Below, piece after piece: positions 47,897 to 56,717 of a stretch of 64,000 nucleotides of DNA (the stretch's first letter is position 1; every line of letters starts with the position of its first letter). The notes under the pieces are model-generated. The model was not told where the DNA came from, ran no database searches, and saw only the letters and a list, made by a program, of their open reading frames with translations. This DNA is from Bifidobacteriaceae bacterium. Its GTDB lineage: Bacteria; Actinomycetota; Actinomycetes; Actinomycetales; WQXJ01. Location of the stretch: NCBI GenBank assembly GCA_031270825.1, contig JAISXH010000026.1, positions 3,621 through 67,620 of the forward strand. Reading direction: 5' to 3'. The position numbers and the translations under genes were made by a program.

Positions 47897-49636
47897 ATGG
47901 CAGAACGGCTTGTGATCGACCCGATCACGCGAATTGAGGGGCACCTCCGCATCGAGCTGGAGACCGAGGACAGCAAGATCACCAAGGCCTGGAGCGAGAC
48001 GACACAGTTCCGCGGCCTGGAAGAAATCGTCCAAGGCCGCGACCCGAGAGATGTTTGGGCCTTTGTCCAGCGCATCTGCGGGGTGTGCACCTCCGTCCAC
48101 GCGATCGCCTCGATCGTGGCGGTGGAGAACGCGATCGGCTCAAATCCGCCCGGCCAGGCGCGGCTGATCAGAGACATGGTGTTGGCCTCGCAGGAGGTCC
48201 AAGACCATGTCATCCACTTCTACCACCTGCACGCTTTGGACTTCGTCGATGTGACCTCGGCGGCGCTGGGCGATCCGCAGGCGGCGGTTGATTTCGCCAG
48301 GGCGATCGGCTCCACCTGGAAGGGGAACACCCTCGAACGAATGACTCAGGTGCGCGACACGGTTCAGGGCATTTTGGATTCCGGCCAGTTGAGCATCTTC
48401 ACCGGCGGTTATTGGGGCCACCCGGACTACCGCCTGCCGCCGGAGGCGAACCTGATGGCGGTGGCCCACTACTTGGACGCGCTGGAGTTCCAAAGGTCCA
48501 TGATTCGGATCGGCACCGTCTTCGGGGGCAAGAACCCTCACCCGAATTTCCTGGTCGGCGGCATGGCCTGCACCATTGACCAGGGTCACACAGAGTCCAT
48601 CAACCAGGTTCAGGTGGACCAGGTGGGCGTGTGGGTGGCGGAATCGCTGGAATTCGTCAAGTCCTGCTACGTTCCGGACGCGCTGGCCATTGCCGGGGTT
48701 TACAAGGACTACTTCGACATTGGCGCCGCCCAAGACAATTACCTGGCCGTGGGCATGGCCGGAGCCACCTTCGGCGGCGACCCGGCCCATTCGGACTGGA
48801 CGTCTGCCCACACCAGTATCAAACCGGGCGTGATCTTCGACGGCGATTTGGGAACCATCCATCCGTTCGACCCCCAAAAGATCGAAGAATGGGTGCATTC
48901 GGCCTGGTACTCCTACCAGGGCGGAGACATTGGACTCAGACCCAGCGAGGGCGAGACAACAGTCGCCTACACCGGCCCCAAGCCGCCCTACGAGTGGCTG
49001 GCCGATGCCGACGAATACACCTGGTGCAAAGCTCCCCGCTACGATGGCCGTCCGGTCCAAGTGGGGCCGCTGGCGCGGGTGATCCTGGCCTACGCCCAGG
49101 GGCACGCGCGCACCGTGGAAATAGTCGACTCCGCCCTCGAACAGCTTGGTATCACCGCCGGCCAGCTGAATTCCACTGGCGGGCGAATCCTGGCCCGCGC
49201 CGTCGAATGCTTGACCTCGGCCGAGATCCTGGCGGAGACGACCTTCCCGACCTTCGTCAAGAACCTCAAGGGCGGTGACATCGCCGTCTTCGACCCGACC
49301 CGCTGGGAGCCGAGTTCCTGGCCGTCTGAGTCCGCTGGAATGTCGTTCGTGGAGGTGGCCCGCGGCAACCTCAGCCACTGGGTGACCATCAAGGACGGCA
49401 AAGTGGCCCGCTATCAGGCCGTGGTCCCGACCACCTGGCTGGCCGGAGGCAGGGACAAGGACGGCCAGCAGGGACCCTACGAGGAATCCCTGGCGGGCAA
49501 CGGCCAGCATCCCCTAATCGAGCCGGACCGACCGTTGGAACCGCTCAGGACCATCCACTCGTTTGATCCGTGCATGTCCTGCGCCGTCCATGTGCTTGAT
49601 CCCAGCGGCCGGGAACACGCCGGGCTGGAGGCCTGA
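47897..49636 (+). CDS. hyaB: Group 1 [NiFe]-hydrogenase large subunit
   Basis: IDPITRIEGH, L1 QRICGVCTSVH, L2 HSFDPCMSCAVH plus C-terminal cleavable extension. Confidence 0.97.
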   Translation: MAERLVIDPITRIEGHLRIELETEDSKITKAWSETTQFRGLEEIVQGRDPRDVWAFVQRICGVCTSVHAIASIVAVENAIGSNPPGQARLIRDMVLASQEVQDHVIHFYHLHALDFVDVTSAALGDPQAAVDFARAIGSTWKGNTLERMTQVRDTVQGILDSGQLSIFTGGYWGHPDYRLPPEANLMAVAHYLDALEFQRSMIRIGTVFGGKNPHPNFLVGGMACTIDQGHTESINQVQVDQVGVWVAESLEFVKSCYVPDALAIAGVYKDYFDIGAAQDNYLAVGMAGATFGGDPAHSDWTSAHTSIKPGVIFDGDLGTIHPFDPQKIEEWVHSAWYSYQGGDIGLRPSEGETTVAYTGPKPPYEWLADADEYTWCKAPRYDGRPVQVGPLARVILAYAQGHARTVEIVDSALEQLGITAGQLNSTGGRILARAVECLTSAEILAETTFPTFVKNLKGGDIAVFDPTRWEPSSWPSESAGMSFVEVARGNLSHWVTIKDGKVARYQAVVPTTWLAGGRDKDGQQGPYEESLAGNGQHPLIEPDRPLEPLRTIHSFDPCMSCAVHVLDPSGREHAGLEA

Positions 49637-49638
49637 CC

Positions 49639-50868
49639 ATGGCCGGCATAGTCCCCTTGCCAGCCGCCACAGCCGGCCCCACCCACCCGGAGGTGCACGT
49701 TGGGGGAGAGTTCACGCTCGGCCGGCTGAGCGAAGGGGTCGTTCTGGGGTTGGCGGCGGTGACCTGCGTCGGCAGCCAGGACCCAGTCGACCAGGCCTTG
49801 GCGGTCGCGGTGGCGAAAGACCGGCCCGACTTGGAAAAGCCTCAGGTTGATTCAGCCGATTTCGATCCGGCCAGCCCCAAGCATCGCTACAGCCTGACCA
49901 TGGTGCGCTACTTCCCGCTGGAGGGGGACGACCGCTCCGATGTCGTGGTCATGCGCGGCTCCCTCGAAGCCGTGATGGCCGAAACCAACGTCTCACGCAA
50001 GGACAAGGGGCTGCTTCGCCGCAACGCCGTCTGGGCGCAAGCCCATGGCTGGCGCCCGCTGGCGGTGGCGACCGCGCCGGTGACCGGACGCGATCAGGTC
50101 GGCCCGTTCACCATGCAGGGCTTTGTCTATATCGGCATTGGCCCAACCAAGCCGCTGCCGAATTCGGGTCCGTCCAACTGGGCCTGGGTGCAGGTTTGGT
50201 CCGCGTCGCTGCGCGTGCAGCACTGGATCAACGTGGCGGCGGTTTTCACCCTCAGTTGCACCGGCTACATCATCATGGACCCGTTCTTCGGACCCGCTGG
50301 CGGGCAAAGCGCGGATGTGGGCTTCCAGATGGGCTGGGTGCGCATGGTCCACTTCACGGTCGGGTTCTTGTGGATAGTGCTGGGCCTGACCCGGGTGGTG
50401 GCGGCGTTCACCTCCCGCGACCGCCACCAGCGTTGGAACGAATGGTGGCCGCTCAAGTCCAAGCAGGACGTCAAGTACCTCGGCGAGGTGCTGGGCCACT
50501 ATGCCCTGATCAAGAACCACGCGCCCTTGTTCTTGGGCCACAACCCGCTACAACAGTTGACCTACACCGCCGTGTACTTGGCCTGCGGCGTGCAGATGTT
50601 CACCGGGTTGACGTTGTTCGGCCTGTACCACCAGACCAATTGGTTCTGGGAGTTGATGGCGACGCCGGCCCACTGGGTCGGCATCCCGTTCATCAGGCTG
50701 TTCCACACCATGATGATGTTCTGCCTGTGGGCCTTCGTGATCGTGCACGTCTATCTGGCGGTCCGGGCCGATTCGCTGGAACGCCACGGCGGCATCTCCT
50801 CGATGATCAACGGCGGCGTTTGGCTGCGTCAGGGCGCCAAGCCGGTGGACGCGCCGGAAATCGGATGA
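49639..50868 (+). CDS. hyaC: Hydrogenase b-type cytochrome with a ~180 aa N-terminal extra domain
   Basis: C-terminal part: RVQHW, RMVHF, GHNPLQQLTY, RLFHT, IVHVY, ISSMING; N-terminal part resembles a P-type ATPase N-domain. Confidence 0.92.
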   Translation: MAGIVPLPAATAGPTHPEVHVGGEFTLGRLSEGVVLGLAAVTCVGSQDPVDQALAVAVAKDRPDLEKPQVDSADFDPASPKHRYSLTMVRYFPLEGDDRSDVVVMRGSLEAVMAETNVSRKDKGLLRRNAVWAQAHGWRPLAVATAPVTGRDQVGPFTMQGFVYIGIGPTKPLPNSGPSNWAWVQVWSASLRVQHWINVAAVFTLSCTGYIIMDPFFGPAGGQSADVGFQMGWVRMVHFTVGFLWIVLGLTRVVAAFTSRDRHQRWNEWWPLKSKQDVKYLGEVLGHYALIKNHAPLFLGHNPLQQLTYTAVYLACGVQMFTGLTLFGLYHQTNWFWELMATPAHWVGIPFIRLFHTMMMFCLWAFVIVHVYLAVRADSLERHGGISSMINGGVWLRQGAKPVDAPEIG

Positions 50869-51506
50869 CGAAGCCCGCCCGCACCGCCCCGCCGGGAGCA
50901 ACCACACCACCAGCGACCACACCACCGCCAGTCACGGCAACACCAACAACGCCAACACCAATAACGCCGCCGAACGAAGCCCCCCAGCTTCGGCCCGTCC
51001 CCGCCCGCGCGCCGGGTGACCGGGGCGGACGGCCCGGACAGAGCAAGGTGACGGTCTTAGCGGTCGGCAACACCATCATGTCCGATGACGCCCTGGGACC
51101 CGCGCTGTTGGCCTCCCTTAGGCGAGCGCGACCGGACGCGGAAATCGAGTACGTGGACGGCGGCATCGGCGGGCTGGACTTGCTGCCTGTGGTGCAGGAC
51201 GCCGAACGTCTGCTGATCCTCGACGCCGTGGCGGGCGGGGCGCCCGGCGATGTTCTGCGCCTCGACGGCGACCAACTGCCCAGGCTGCTGGCCGCCAAGC
51301 TGTCTCCCCACCAGGTGGGGCTGATCGACGTGTTCAGCGCCGCCCGCCTGCTCGGAAGCGAGCCCAGCGAGGTCGTGGTGGTCGGGATCGTGCCTGGCCG
51401 GGTTGAGCTGGCGCTGGGCCTGACGCCGGCTGTGGAGGCCGCGTTGCCGCAGGCCACAGCCGTGGCGGCGGCAGTCCTGGACGAATGGGCGGGCCGGCGG
51501 GGATAG
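50865..51506 (+). CDS. hyaD: Hydrogenase maturation protease
   Basis: VLAVGNTIMSDDALG, VDGG, ILDAV, SPHQVGL; Pro/Thr-rich N-terminal extension. Confidence 0.92.
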   Translation: MTKPARTAPPGATTPPATTPPPVTATPTTPTPITPPNEAPQLRPVPARAPGDRGGRPGQSKVTVLAVGNTIMSDDALGPALLASLRRARPDAEIEYVDGGIGGLDLLPVVQDAERLLILDAVAGGAPGDVLRLDGDQLPRLLAAKLSPHQVGLIDVFSAARLLGSEPSEVVVVGIVPGRVELALGLTPAVEAALPQATAVAAAVLDEWAGRRG

Positions 51507-51558
51507 TGGGCGGCAGATTTGCCGCCTTGACTCAGCAACGCGGGTTGCGGTCCGCCTG

Positions 51559-51742
51559 GGCGCCGGGCGCGCTGGCGCCATCAGGTCTGGGCGTCCGCGA
51601 AGGGCGCCTCGAATTCCCTTGGGCGCTGGGCGCGCTGGCGCCGTTAGGGCAGAGCGTCGGCGAGGGCCGCCTCGACCTGAGGTCGGCGCTGGGCGCGCTG
51701 GCGCGGTCAGGTCCGCGCGTCGGCGAAGGCCACCTCGAACTC
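51559..51742 (-). repeat. 63 bp tandem triplication of the hypA 3' end
   Basis: Units start at 51559, 51622 and 51685 (ggcgc(c/t)gggcgcgctggcgc..cctcga); each keeps a stop at the equivalent position. Confidence 0.85.
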
Positions 51743-52054
51743 GCGTCCCCGGATCAGATTGCCGCAGGGTGCCCCGCAGGACGGGCATCGAAGGGCGTAG
51801 AACTGGTCCACCGGCTGTTCGGAACCGCAGGCGGCGCACAAGACGGCGGCTGCCACCTCTTCGATCTCGAGTTCGGCGCCCGCCAATCTGGTGCCTGCGA
51901 CGGCCAAGGGCCAGGCGCCCCGCAGGGCCTCGGGAACCGCGCCGCTGAGGCTGCCGACCCGCAGGCCGACCCGCTCCACGCCGCCCGCACCGGCTTTGGC
52001 GGCGGCGCCGTCCACCGCGCGGACCACGGAACGGAGCAGACCCAATTCGTGCAC
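51707..52054 (-). CDS. hypA: Nickel metallochaperone HypA (copy 1)
   Basis: MHELGL, CAAC..CPSC zinc finger, RGREF. Confidence 0.93.
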   Translation of the reverse strand: MHELGLLRSVVRAVDGAAAKAGAGGVERVGLRVGSLSGAVPEALRGAWPLAVAGTRLAGAELEIEEVAAAVLCAACGSEQPVDQFYALRCPSCGAPCGNLIRGREFEVAFADART

Positions 52055-52071
52055 CGGACTATGGTGGCACA

Positions 52072-53352
52072 GTGACCGTGAGGCTGATCATCGACCAAGC
52101 CGTGGATGGCGCGGACGCCAGCGTGATCGCCGAGCGCTCCCCGGAGGGGGCGCTGCTGGACGCGCGCCTCGACTTGTCGATCCTGCCTCGGTTGGAGCCG
52201 CTGCTGCTCGGGCGCCCGGTCGCGGAGGTTCCGCCGCTGGTGGAACGCCTTTGCGGAGTCTGTCCGGCCGCCCACCATTTGGCCGGGGTGGCCGCCCTCG
52301 AAGCCCTCCACGGGATCGCCTCGATCCCCGCACAAGCGCGCCGCGTCCGCCGATTGCTTCACTACGGCTCGATGCTGACCATGCACGCCACCAGCTTTTT
52401 CGCGGCCGGACGCCAGGAAGCGCTGGCCTTGCGGCGGCTCGGCAAGCTGGCCATGGCGGCCGCTGGATCGCCCGGCCATTTCCCCACCACCGCCGTGGTC
52501 GGCGGGGCAGCCGGCGCCATGGTGGCCGATGCCGCCACCGCTTGCGCCGAGTCTGTGGCGGCCGCGCTGGCCGGCGCGCGCGACCTGTTCCGCTGGGCGC
52601 AGGACGATCCGGCGGCGACGGCCGAGCGTCACGCTGCTAGCAGCGACACATTTCTGGGCGCGGACGTGGCGCTGGTGGATGCCGATGGGCGGCTGGATCC
52701 CCTGGGAGAGCGTCTGCGCGCGATTGATCCGGCAGGCCAGGTGATTGTGGCGGGCGCGCTGGCCAGCCAGTGGGACGACCTGGTCGCTCTGGCCCAGCCG
52801 GAGGCGGCGGCATCGCGCCCGTCTTTGCTGGCCGGAGGGGCAGATGGCGGCCATTACCGGGTGGGACCGGTGGCCGGCCTGCGGGTAGCGGCGCCGACCA
52901 CGGCTGTGGCGGCTGAACTGCGGGAAGACTGGCTGCGAGGGGGCGGCGGGACCCTGGCGGCCCGAGCGGTCATGGCCGTCCACTGCGTCGAGGCCATCGC
53001 CGATCTGGTCGCCGGCCAGGACTGGATTGGCCGGGATGACACCGAGCCAGATAAGACCGGGCCAGCGGCGGCCGGCCGGGTCGGCGTCGGCTGGGTCGAT
53101 GGCGCTCGCGGCCTGCTCGTCCACCGGTATCGGGTGGACCAGGAGGGCAAGGTTGACCAAGCATTGGTGCTGACGCCCACGGCGCAGAACGAGTATTGGC
53201 TCTCCCGGCTGTTGATTCGGGCGCTGACCGGCGATTCGGACCACCTGGCCCTGGAGAACGCGATCCGCGAGGCGGACCCGTGCCTGCCCTGCGTGGCCGC
53301 TCCGGCCGGGCACATGGGCGTCAAGATCAACACTGTGACTAAGGACAGGTGA
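52072..53352 (+). CDS. Orphan [NiFe]-hydrogenase large-subunit-like protein
   Basis: ERLCGVCPAAHH (L1-like), DGARGLLVHRY, TPTAQN, ADPCLPC (L2-like); only 426 aa; no partner small subunit nearby. Confidence 0.8.
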   Translation: MTVRLIIDQAVDGADASVIAERSPEGALLDARLDLSILPRLEPLLLGRPVAEVPPLVERLCGVCPAAHHLAGVAALEALHGIASIPAQARRVRRLLHYGSMLTMHATSFFAAGRQEALALRRLGKLAMAAAGSPGHFPTTAVVGGAAGAMVADAATACAESVAAALAGARDLFRWAQDDPAATAERHAASSDTFLGADVALVDADGRLDPLGERLRAIDPAGQVIVAGALASQWDDLVALAQPEAAASRPSLLAGGADGGHYRVGPVAGLRVAAPTTAVAAELREDWLRGGGGTLAARAVMAVHCVEAIADLVAGQDWIGRDDTEPDKTGPAAAGRVGVGWVDGARGLLVHRYRVDQEGKVDQALVLTPTAQNEYWLSRLLIRALTGDSDHLALENAIREADPCLPCVAAPAGHMGVKINTVTKDR

Positions 53353-53359
53353 AGAGTCG

Positions 53360-53614
53360 ATGTGCGTGGCTGTGCCGACCCGGATCGTCGCGATCGAAGC
53401 CGGTCCGCTGCCTATGGCCCGCCTGGAGCCCGGAACCGTGCCGGCCACCTGCTGCCTGGCCTACGTGCCCGAGGCCCAGGTCGGCGACTACGTGCTTGTC
53501 CAGCATGGCTTCGCGATCGAAGTGCTGGACGCCGAATCGGCGGCCCTGTCGCTGGCGGCCTTCGCCGAACTGGGAGCGATCCGCGCCCCTGGCGCCCCTG
53601 ACGACGCTGACTGA
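53360..53614 (+). CDS. hypC: HypC/HupF family chaperone
   Basis: MCVAVP, VGDYVLVQHGFAI. Confidence 0.92.
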   Translation: MCVAVPTRIVAIEAGPLPMARLEPGTVPATCCLAYVPEAQVGDYVLVQHGFAIEVLDAESAALSLAAFAELGAIRAPGAPDDAD

Positions 53615-53642
53615 GCCCGCCAGCAGTCGCCGGCCGCATCCT

Positions 53643-53732
53643 TGCGGAATCAGCACAATCACCGTCCCCTTGAGTGCCGTCCCCGTGCGGAATCAGCACG
53701 ATCACCGTTCCCTTGCGGAATCAGCAGGATCG
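53643..53732 (+). repeat. Second locus of the GCGGAATCARCACAATCACCGTCCCCTTG REP-like motif
   Basis: Three degenerate direct copies between hypC and tatC, overlapping the tatC stop codon. Confidence 0.8.
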
Positions 53733-54526
53733 CCGTCGCGGCGGTCCCGCTTGGCCACGCGCCGCTCGTGGAGGTAGGCAACCAGGATCGCCAGGCAGTA
53801 GAGGGCCAACATGCCGAGCGCCTGGATGATCATCGGCAGCGGACTGGGAATCGGATTGATGACGGCCGCCAACGCGAAGGCCGCGATCACGGCCACCCGC
53901 CAGCCTTTGACCAGCGAACGGGCCCGGACCAGGCCGGCGAAGTTCATCGCCACCAGCAATTCCGGCACCAGGAAGGACAACCCGAAAGCGATCACCAGGT
54001 AGGTGTAGAAGTTGACATAGGACGCGGCCGAAATCAGCGCTGCGCCGTCCTCGGGCACGAAGGACACCAGGATGTCGACCGCGCGGGGCGCCACCAGGAC
54101 GCCGGAGTAGGCGCCTCCCGCGAACAGGATCAGGCCGCCCAAGCCGAATCCGATCGTGTGCAACCGCTCCCGCCGCTTCAAACCGGGCCCTATGAAAGCC
54201 GCGGCTTGGTAAATCCACCACGGGCTCGAGACCAACAGACCCAGCCATAACGAGACCTTCAACCTCAGATCAAGGGCCGCCGAGATAGTTTGGAAATTCA
54301 GTTGCGCGTTGGTGTCGGCGATCTCGGCCAAGGGTTCGGACATGAAATCGACTGTCGGCGTGTACAAGAACCAGCCCGCCACGCTGGCCAGCAGCACTCC
54401 GGCTATCGCCAGGATGAGGCGGCGGCGCAGTTCCCGGAAATGCTCCACCACTCGCATGGTCTTGGAGCTGGCGCCATCCGAGCCGGCCTGGCCGTGAGAA
54501 CCGCCTGGGCCAACCGAGTCGCTCAT
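53702..54526 (-). CDS. tatC: Twin-arginine translocase TatC
   Basis: MRVVEHFRELRRRL, SSPWWIYQ..FIGPGLKRRE, FGLSFLVP, 6 TM. Confidence 0.95.
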   Translation of the reverse strand: MSDSVGPGGSHGQAGSDGASSKTMRVVEHFRELRRRLILAIAGVLLASVAGWFLYTPTVDFMSEPLAEIADTNAQLNFQTISAALDLRLKVSLWLGLLVSSPWWIYQAAAFIGPGLKRRERLHTIGFGLGGLILFAGGAYSGVLVAPRAVDILVSFVPEDGAALISAASYVNFYTYLVIAFGLSFLVPELLVAMNFAGLVRARSLVKGWRVAVIAAFALAAVINPIPSPLPMIIQALGMLALYCLAILVAYLHERRVAKRDRRDGDPADSARER

Positions 54527-54762
54527 GTAGCGGGAGGGTCCCCCGGGGCGGCCGGGCCGCCGGCGGCCTCAGGCAGCGAGCCGCCGGATGACGCGGCTGG
54601 CGGTGGCGCCGCAGTCGCAGGCGGTTCCTCCTGCAATTCGCGCACCTCCTTCTTGAACACCTTCAGCGACTGGCCGATCGACTTGGCGATGTCTGGCAGC
54701 TTGCCCGCGCCGAACACCAGCAGGATTACTACGGCTAGGACAACATAGTGCCAAGGTCTCAT
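54523..54762 (-). CDS. tatA: Twin-arginine translocase TatA
   Basis: VILLVFGAGKLPDIAKSIGQSLKVFKKEV. Confidence 0.95.
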   Translation of the reverse strand: MRPWHYVVLAVVILLVFGAGKLPDIAKSIGQSLKVFKKEVRELQEEPPATAAPPPAASSGGSLPEAAGGPAAPGDPPAT

Positions 54763-55130
54763 GGCGTTCCCTCCCTGTCAGGCGCCGGAATGGCCCGGCT
54801 GGCCACGCCGTCGCCGGGCCGCGATGACGAATCCGCCTGCCGCGCCCAGGCGTCCATCTCTTCTTTGACCGCTTGACGCACCAAAGCGCGCGGATCGTAC
54901 TGGCTCAGGTCCAGTCCGCCGGGTCCGATCTTGAGGTCGGCCGCCACAGCGCCCAGATCGGAATCCTGGCGAAGCCGGGCGTTCCAGGCCCTGAAGGCGG
55001 CCAAGCCCTTCTTCAGCGCGGCCAATCCCTGGACAGCCCCTTTGGGGCCGGCCACCAGGACAGCCAGAACCACCAAGACCAGGAACTCTGATCCGCTGAT
55101 TCCGAAAAGCTCCACGGCGGCCCCCTCCAA
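54759..55130 (-). CDS. tatB: Twin-arginine translocase TatB-like protein
   Basis: FGISGSEFLVLVVLAVLVAGP, DLSQYDPRALV. Confidence 0.8.
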   Translation of the reverse strand: MEGAAVELFGISGSEFLVLVVLAVLVAGPKGAVQGLAALKKGLAAFRAWNARLRQDSDLGAVAADLKIGPGGLDLSQYDPRALVRQAVKEEMDAWARQADSSSRPGDGVASRAIPAPDREGTP

Positions 55131-55145
55131 CGGGCTATGACCGCC

Positions 55146-56192
55146 TCAGTCTACCAACGCGGCCTGCAGCCACCGCAGCCATAGCTGGATTCCCTCGCCG
55201 GTCAGAGCGTTGGTCTCAATCAGCGCGGCGTCGGGGTTGATCTGGCGCAGGTTCGCCTCGAAGGCGGCGGCGTCGAAGGGAACGTAGGCCAGCAGGTCGA
55301 CCTTGTTCAGGACCACCACATCGACCGCCCTGAACATGACCGGGTATTTCAGCGGCTTGTCCTCGCCCTCGGTGACCGAGAAGACCATCGCCTTGCGGTG
55401 CGCGCCGACATCGAACTCCGCCGGACAGACCAGGTTGCCCACGTTCTCGATCAACACCAGGTCCAGGCTGTCCAGGTCCAGTTCGCGAAGCGCGTGCGCC
55501 ACCATCGGAGCGTCCAGGTGGCATTCGCCGCCGAACCCGGCGCCGGTGTTCAGCAGGGCGATTTGGGCGCCGCGCCCGCGCAGTTTGTCCGCGTCCAAAG
55601 ACGTCTCGATGTCGCCTTCGACCACCCCGCAGCGCACCTGGCCCGCCAGGGCGTCGAGGGTGGCCGCCAGCAGCGTGGTCTTGCCCGCCCCCGGCGAGGA
55701 CATCACATTGACGGCGACCACCCCGGCGGCGTCCAGGACGGCCCGGTTGGCGGCCGCCGCGGCGTCGTTCTCGTCGAAGATGCGCTCCAGGATCTCGATC
55801 CGCTCCAGCCCGGTTTCGTATCCCGAATGATCGCCGATGTCCTGGCTGTGATCGCGTTTCCGCCTGGCGTCCGCACCAGCGGCTGCCGGGCCGCCTTCGT
55901 GGCTGTGCCCGATGCCGTCCCCGGCTGGCGGCAGGTCGCCGTGCGTATGGCTGTGGCCGTCCCGGTCACCGTGCCCGCTGCCGTCCCCGGCTGGCGGCAG
56001 GTCGCCGTGCGTATGGCTGTGGCCGTCCCAGTCACCGTGGCCGCTGCCGTGCCCGGCCGGCGGCACGTCACCGTGCGTGTGGCCGTGGCCGCTGCCGTGC
56101 CCGGCCGGCGGCACGTCACCGTGCGTGTGGCTGTGGCCGTCGGGGCCGTGCTCGTGCACGGTGCCATCGTCGTGGCGGTGGAATCTTCCCAT
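55146..56192 (-). CDS. hypB: Nickel incorporation GTPase HypB with His-rich repeat N-terminus
   Basis: SSPGAGKTT, GECHLDA, ENVGNLVCPAEF, EGEDKPLKYP, NKVD; ATG 56192 after GAGGGGAG. Confidence 0.95.
   Translation of the reverse strand: MGRFHRHDDGTVHEHGPDGHSHTHGDVPPAGHGSGHGHTHGDVPPAGHGSGHGDWDGHSHTHGDLPPAGDGSGHGDRDGHSHTHGDLPPAGDGIGHSHEGGPAAAGADARRKRDHSQDIGDHSGYETGLERIEILERIFDENDAAAAANRAVLDAAGVVAVNVMSSPGAGKTTLLAATLDALAGQVRCGVVEGDIETSLDADKLRGRGAQIALLNTGAGFGGECHLDAPMVAHALRELDLDSLDLVLIENVGNLVCPAEFDVGAHRKAMVFSVTEGEDKPLKYPVMFRAVDVVVLNKVDLLAYVPFDAAAFEANLRQINPDAALIETNALTGEGIQLWLRWLQAALVD
55900..56146 (-). repeat. In-frame 48/66 bp tandem repeats encoding HTHGD(V/L)PPAG(H/D)G(S/I)GH, four copies
   Basis: Seen in the HypB translation. 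Confidence 0.9.
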
Positions 56193-56250
56193 CGTTGTTC
56201 TCCCCTCGCTTGCTGGCGTCTCAGGTGGTAGCTGGCCAGACGTCAGTTGT

Positions 56251-56631
56251 TCACGGCCGTCCTGAAGACTCGGTCGCGCCTGGCGAGCCGGAGCCGGCCG
56301 CCACGTCGATGGACCGGACCAAGAACTCCTCGCCCGCCTCGATCCGTAGCGTCCGGCCGCCGCAGGTCCCGCAGACCATTGCCGGTGTGGGCCCCAGGGC
56401 CAGACCGGCCCCACAATCTTGGCACACAGCCCGCGCGGCGATGTGATTGACGACCAAGACCGACCCCTCCAAGGCCGTGGTGGCGGTGACCACCTCCCAG
56501 CAGCGGGCCAGGGTCGCCGGGACCACCTGGCGGAGCTGGCCGATGTCGAGGCAGACTCGCGCGACCGGCCTGTCGCCGGCGGCGCGAACTGTGATCCCGT
56601 AGATCGATCGGCACAGCGACAGTTCATGCAC
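56251..56631 (-). CDS. hypA: Nickel metallochaperone HypA (copy 2)
   Basis: (M)HELSLC, IGQLRQVVP, CQDC..CGTC, GEEF. Confidence 0.92.
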   Translation of the reverse strand: MHELSLCRSIYGITVRAAGDRPVARVCLDIGQLRQVVPATLARCWEVVTATTALEGSVLVVNHIAARAVCQDCGAGLALGPTPAMVCGTCGGRTLRIEAGEEFLVRSIDVAAGSGSPGATESSGRP

Positions 56632-56717
56632 AGACCCAAAGACTAGCGTCCGGGCCGGCAAGGGCGGACGCCTGGCCAGGAGCGGCGACAGCCGTGGCGC
56701 CGCCGTAGACTGTGGGC

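Noticed and set aside
47897-49636. [NiFeSe] or O2-tolerant six-Cys hydrogenase
   Set aside because: L2 has Cys codons (DPCMSC) with no in-frame TGA, and the small subunit has CTGC without the supernumerary Cys
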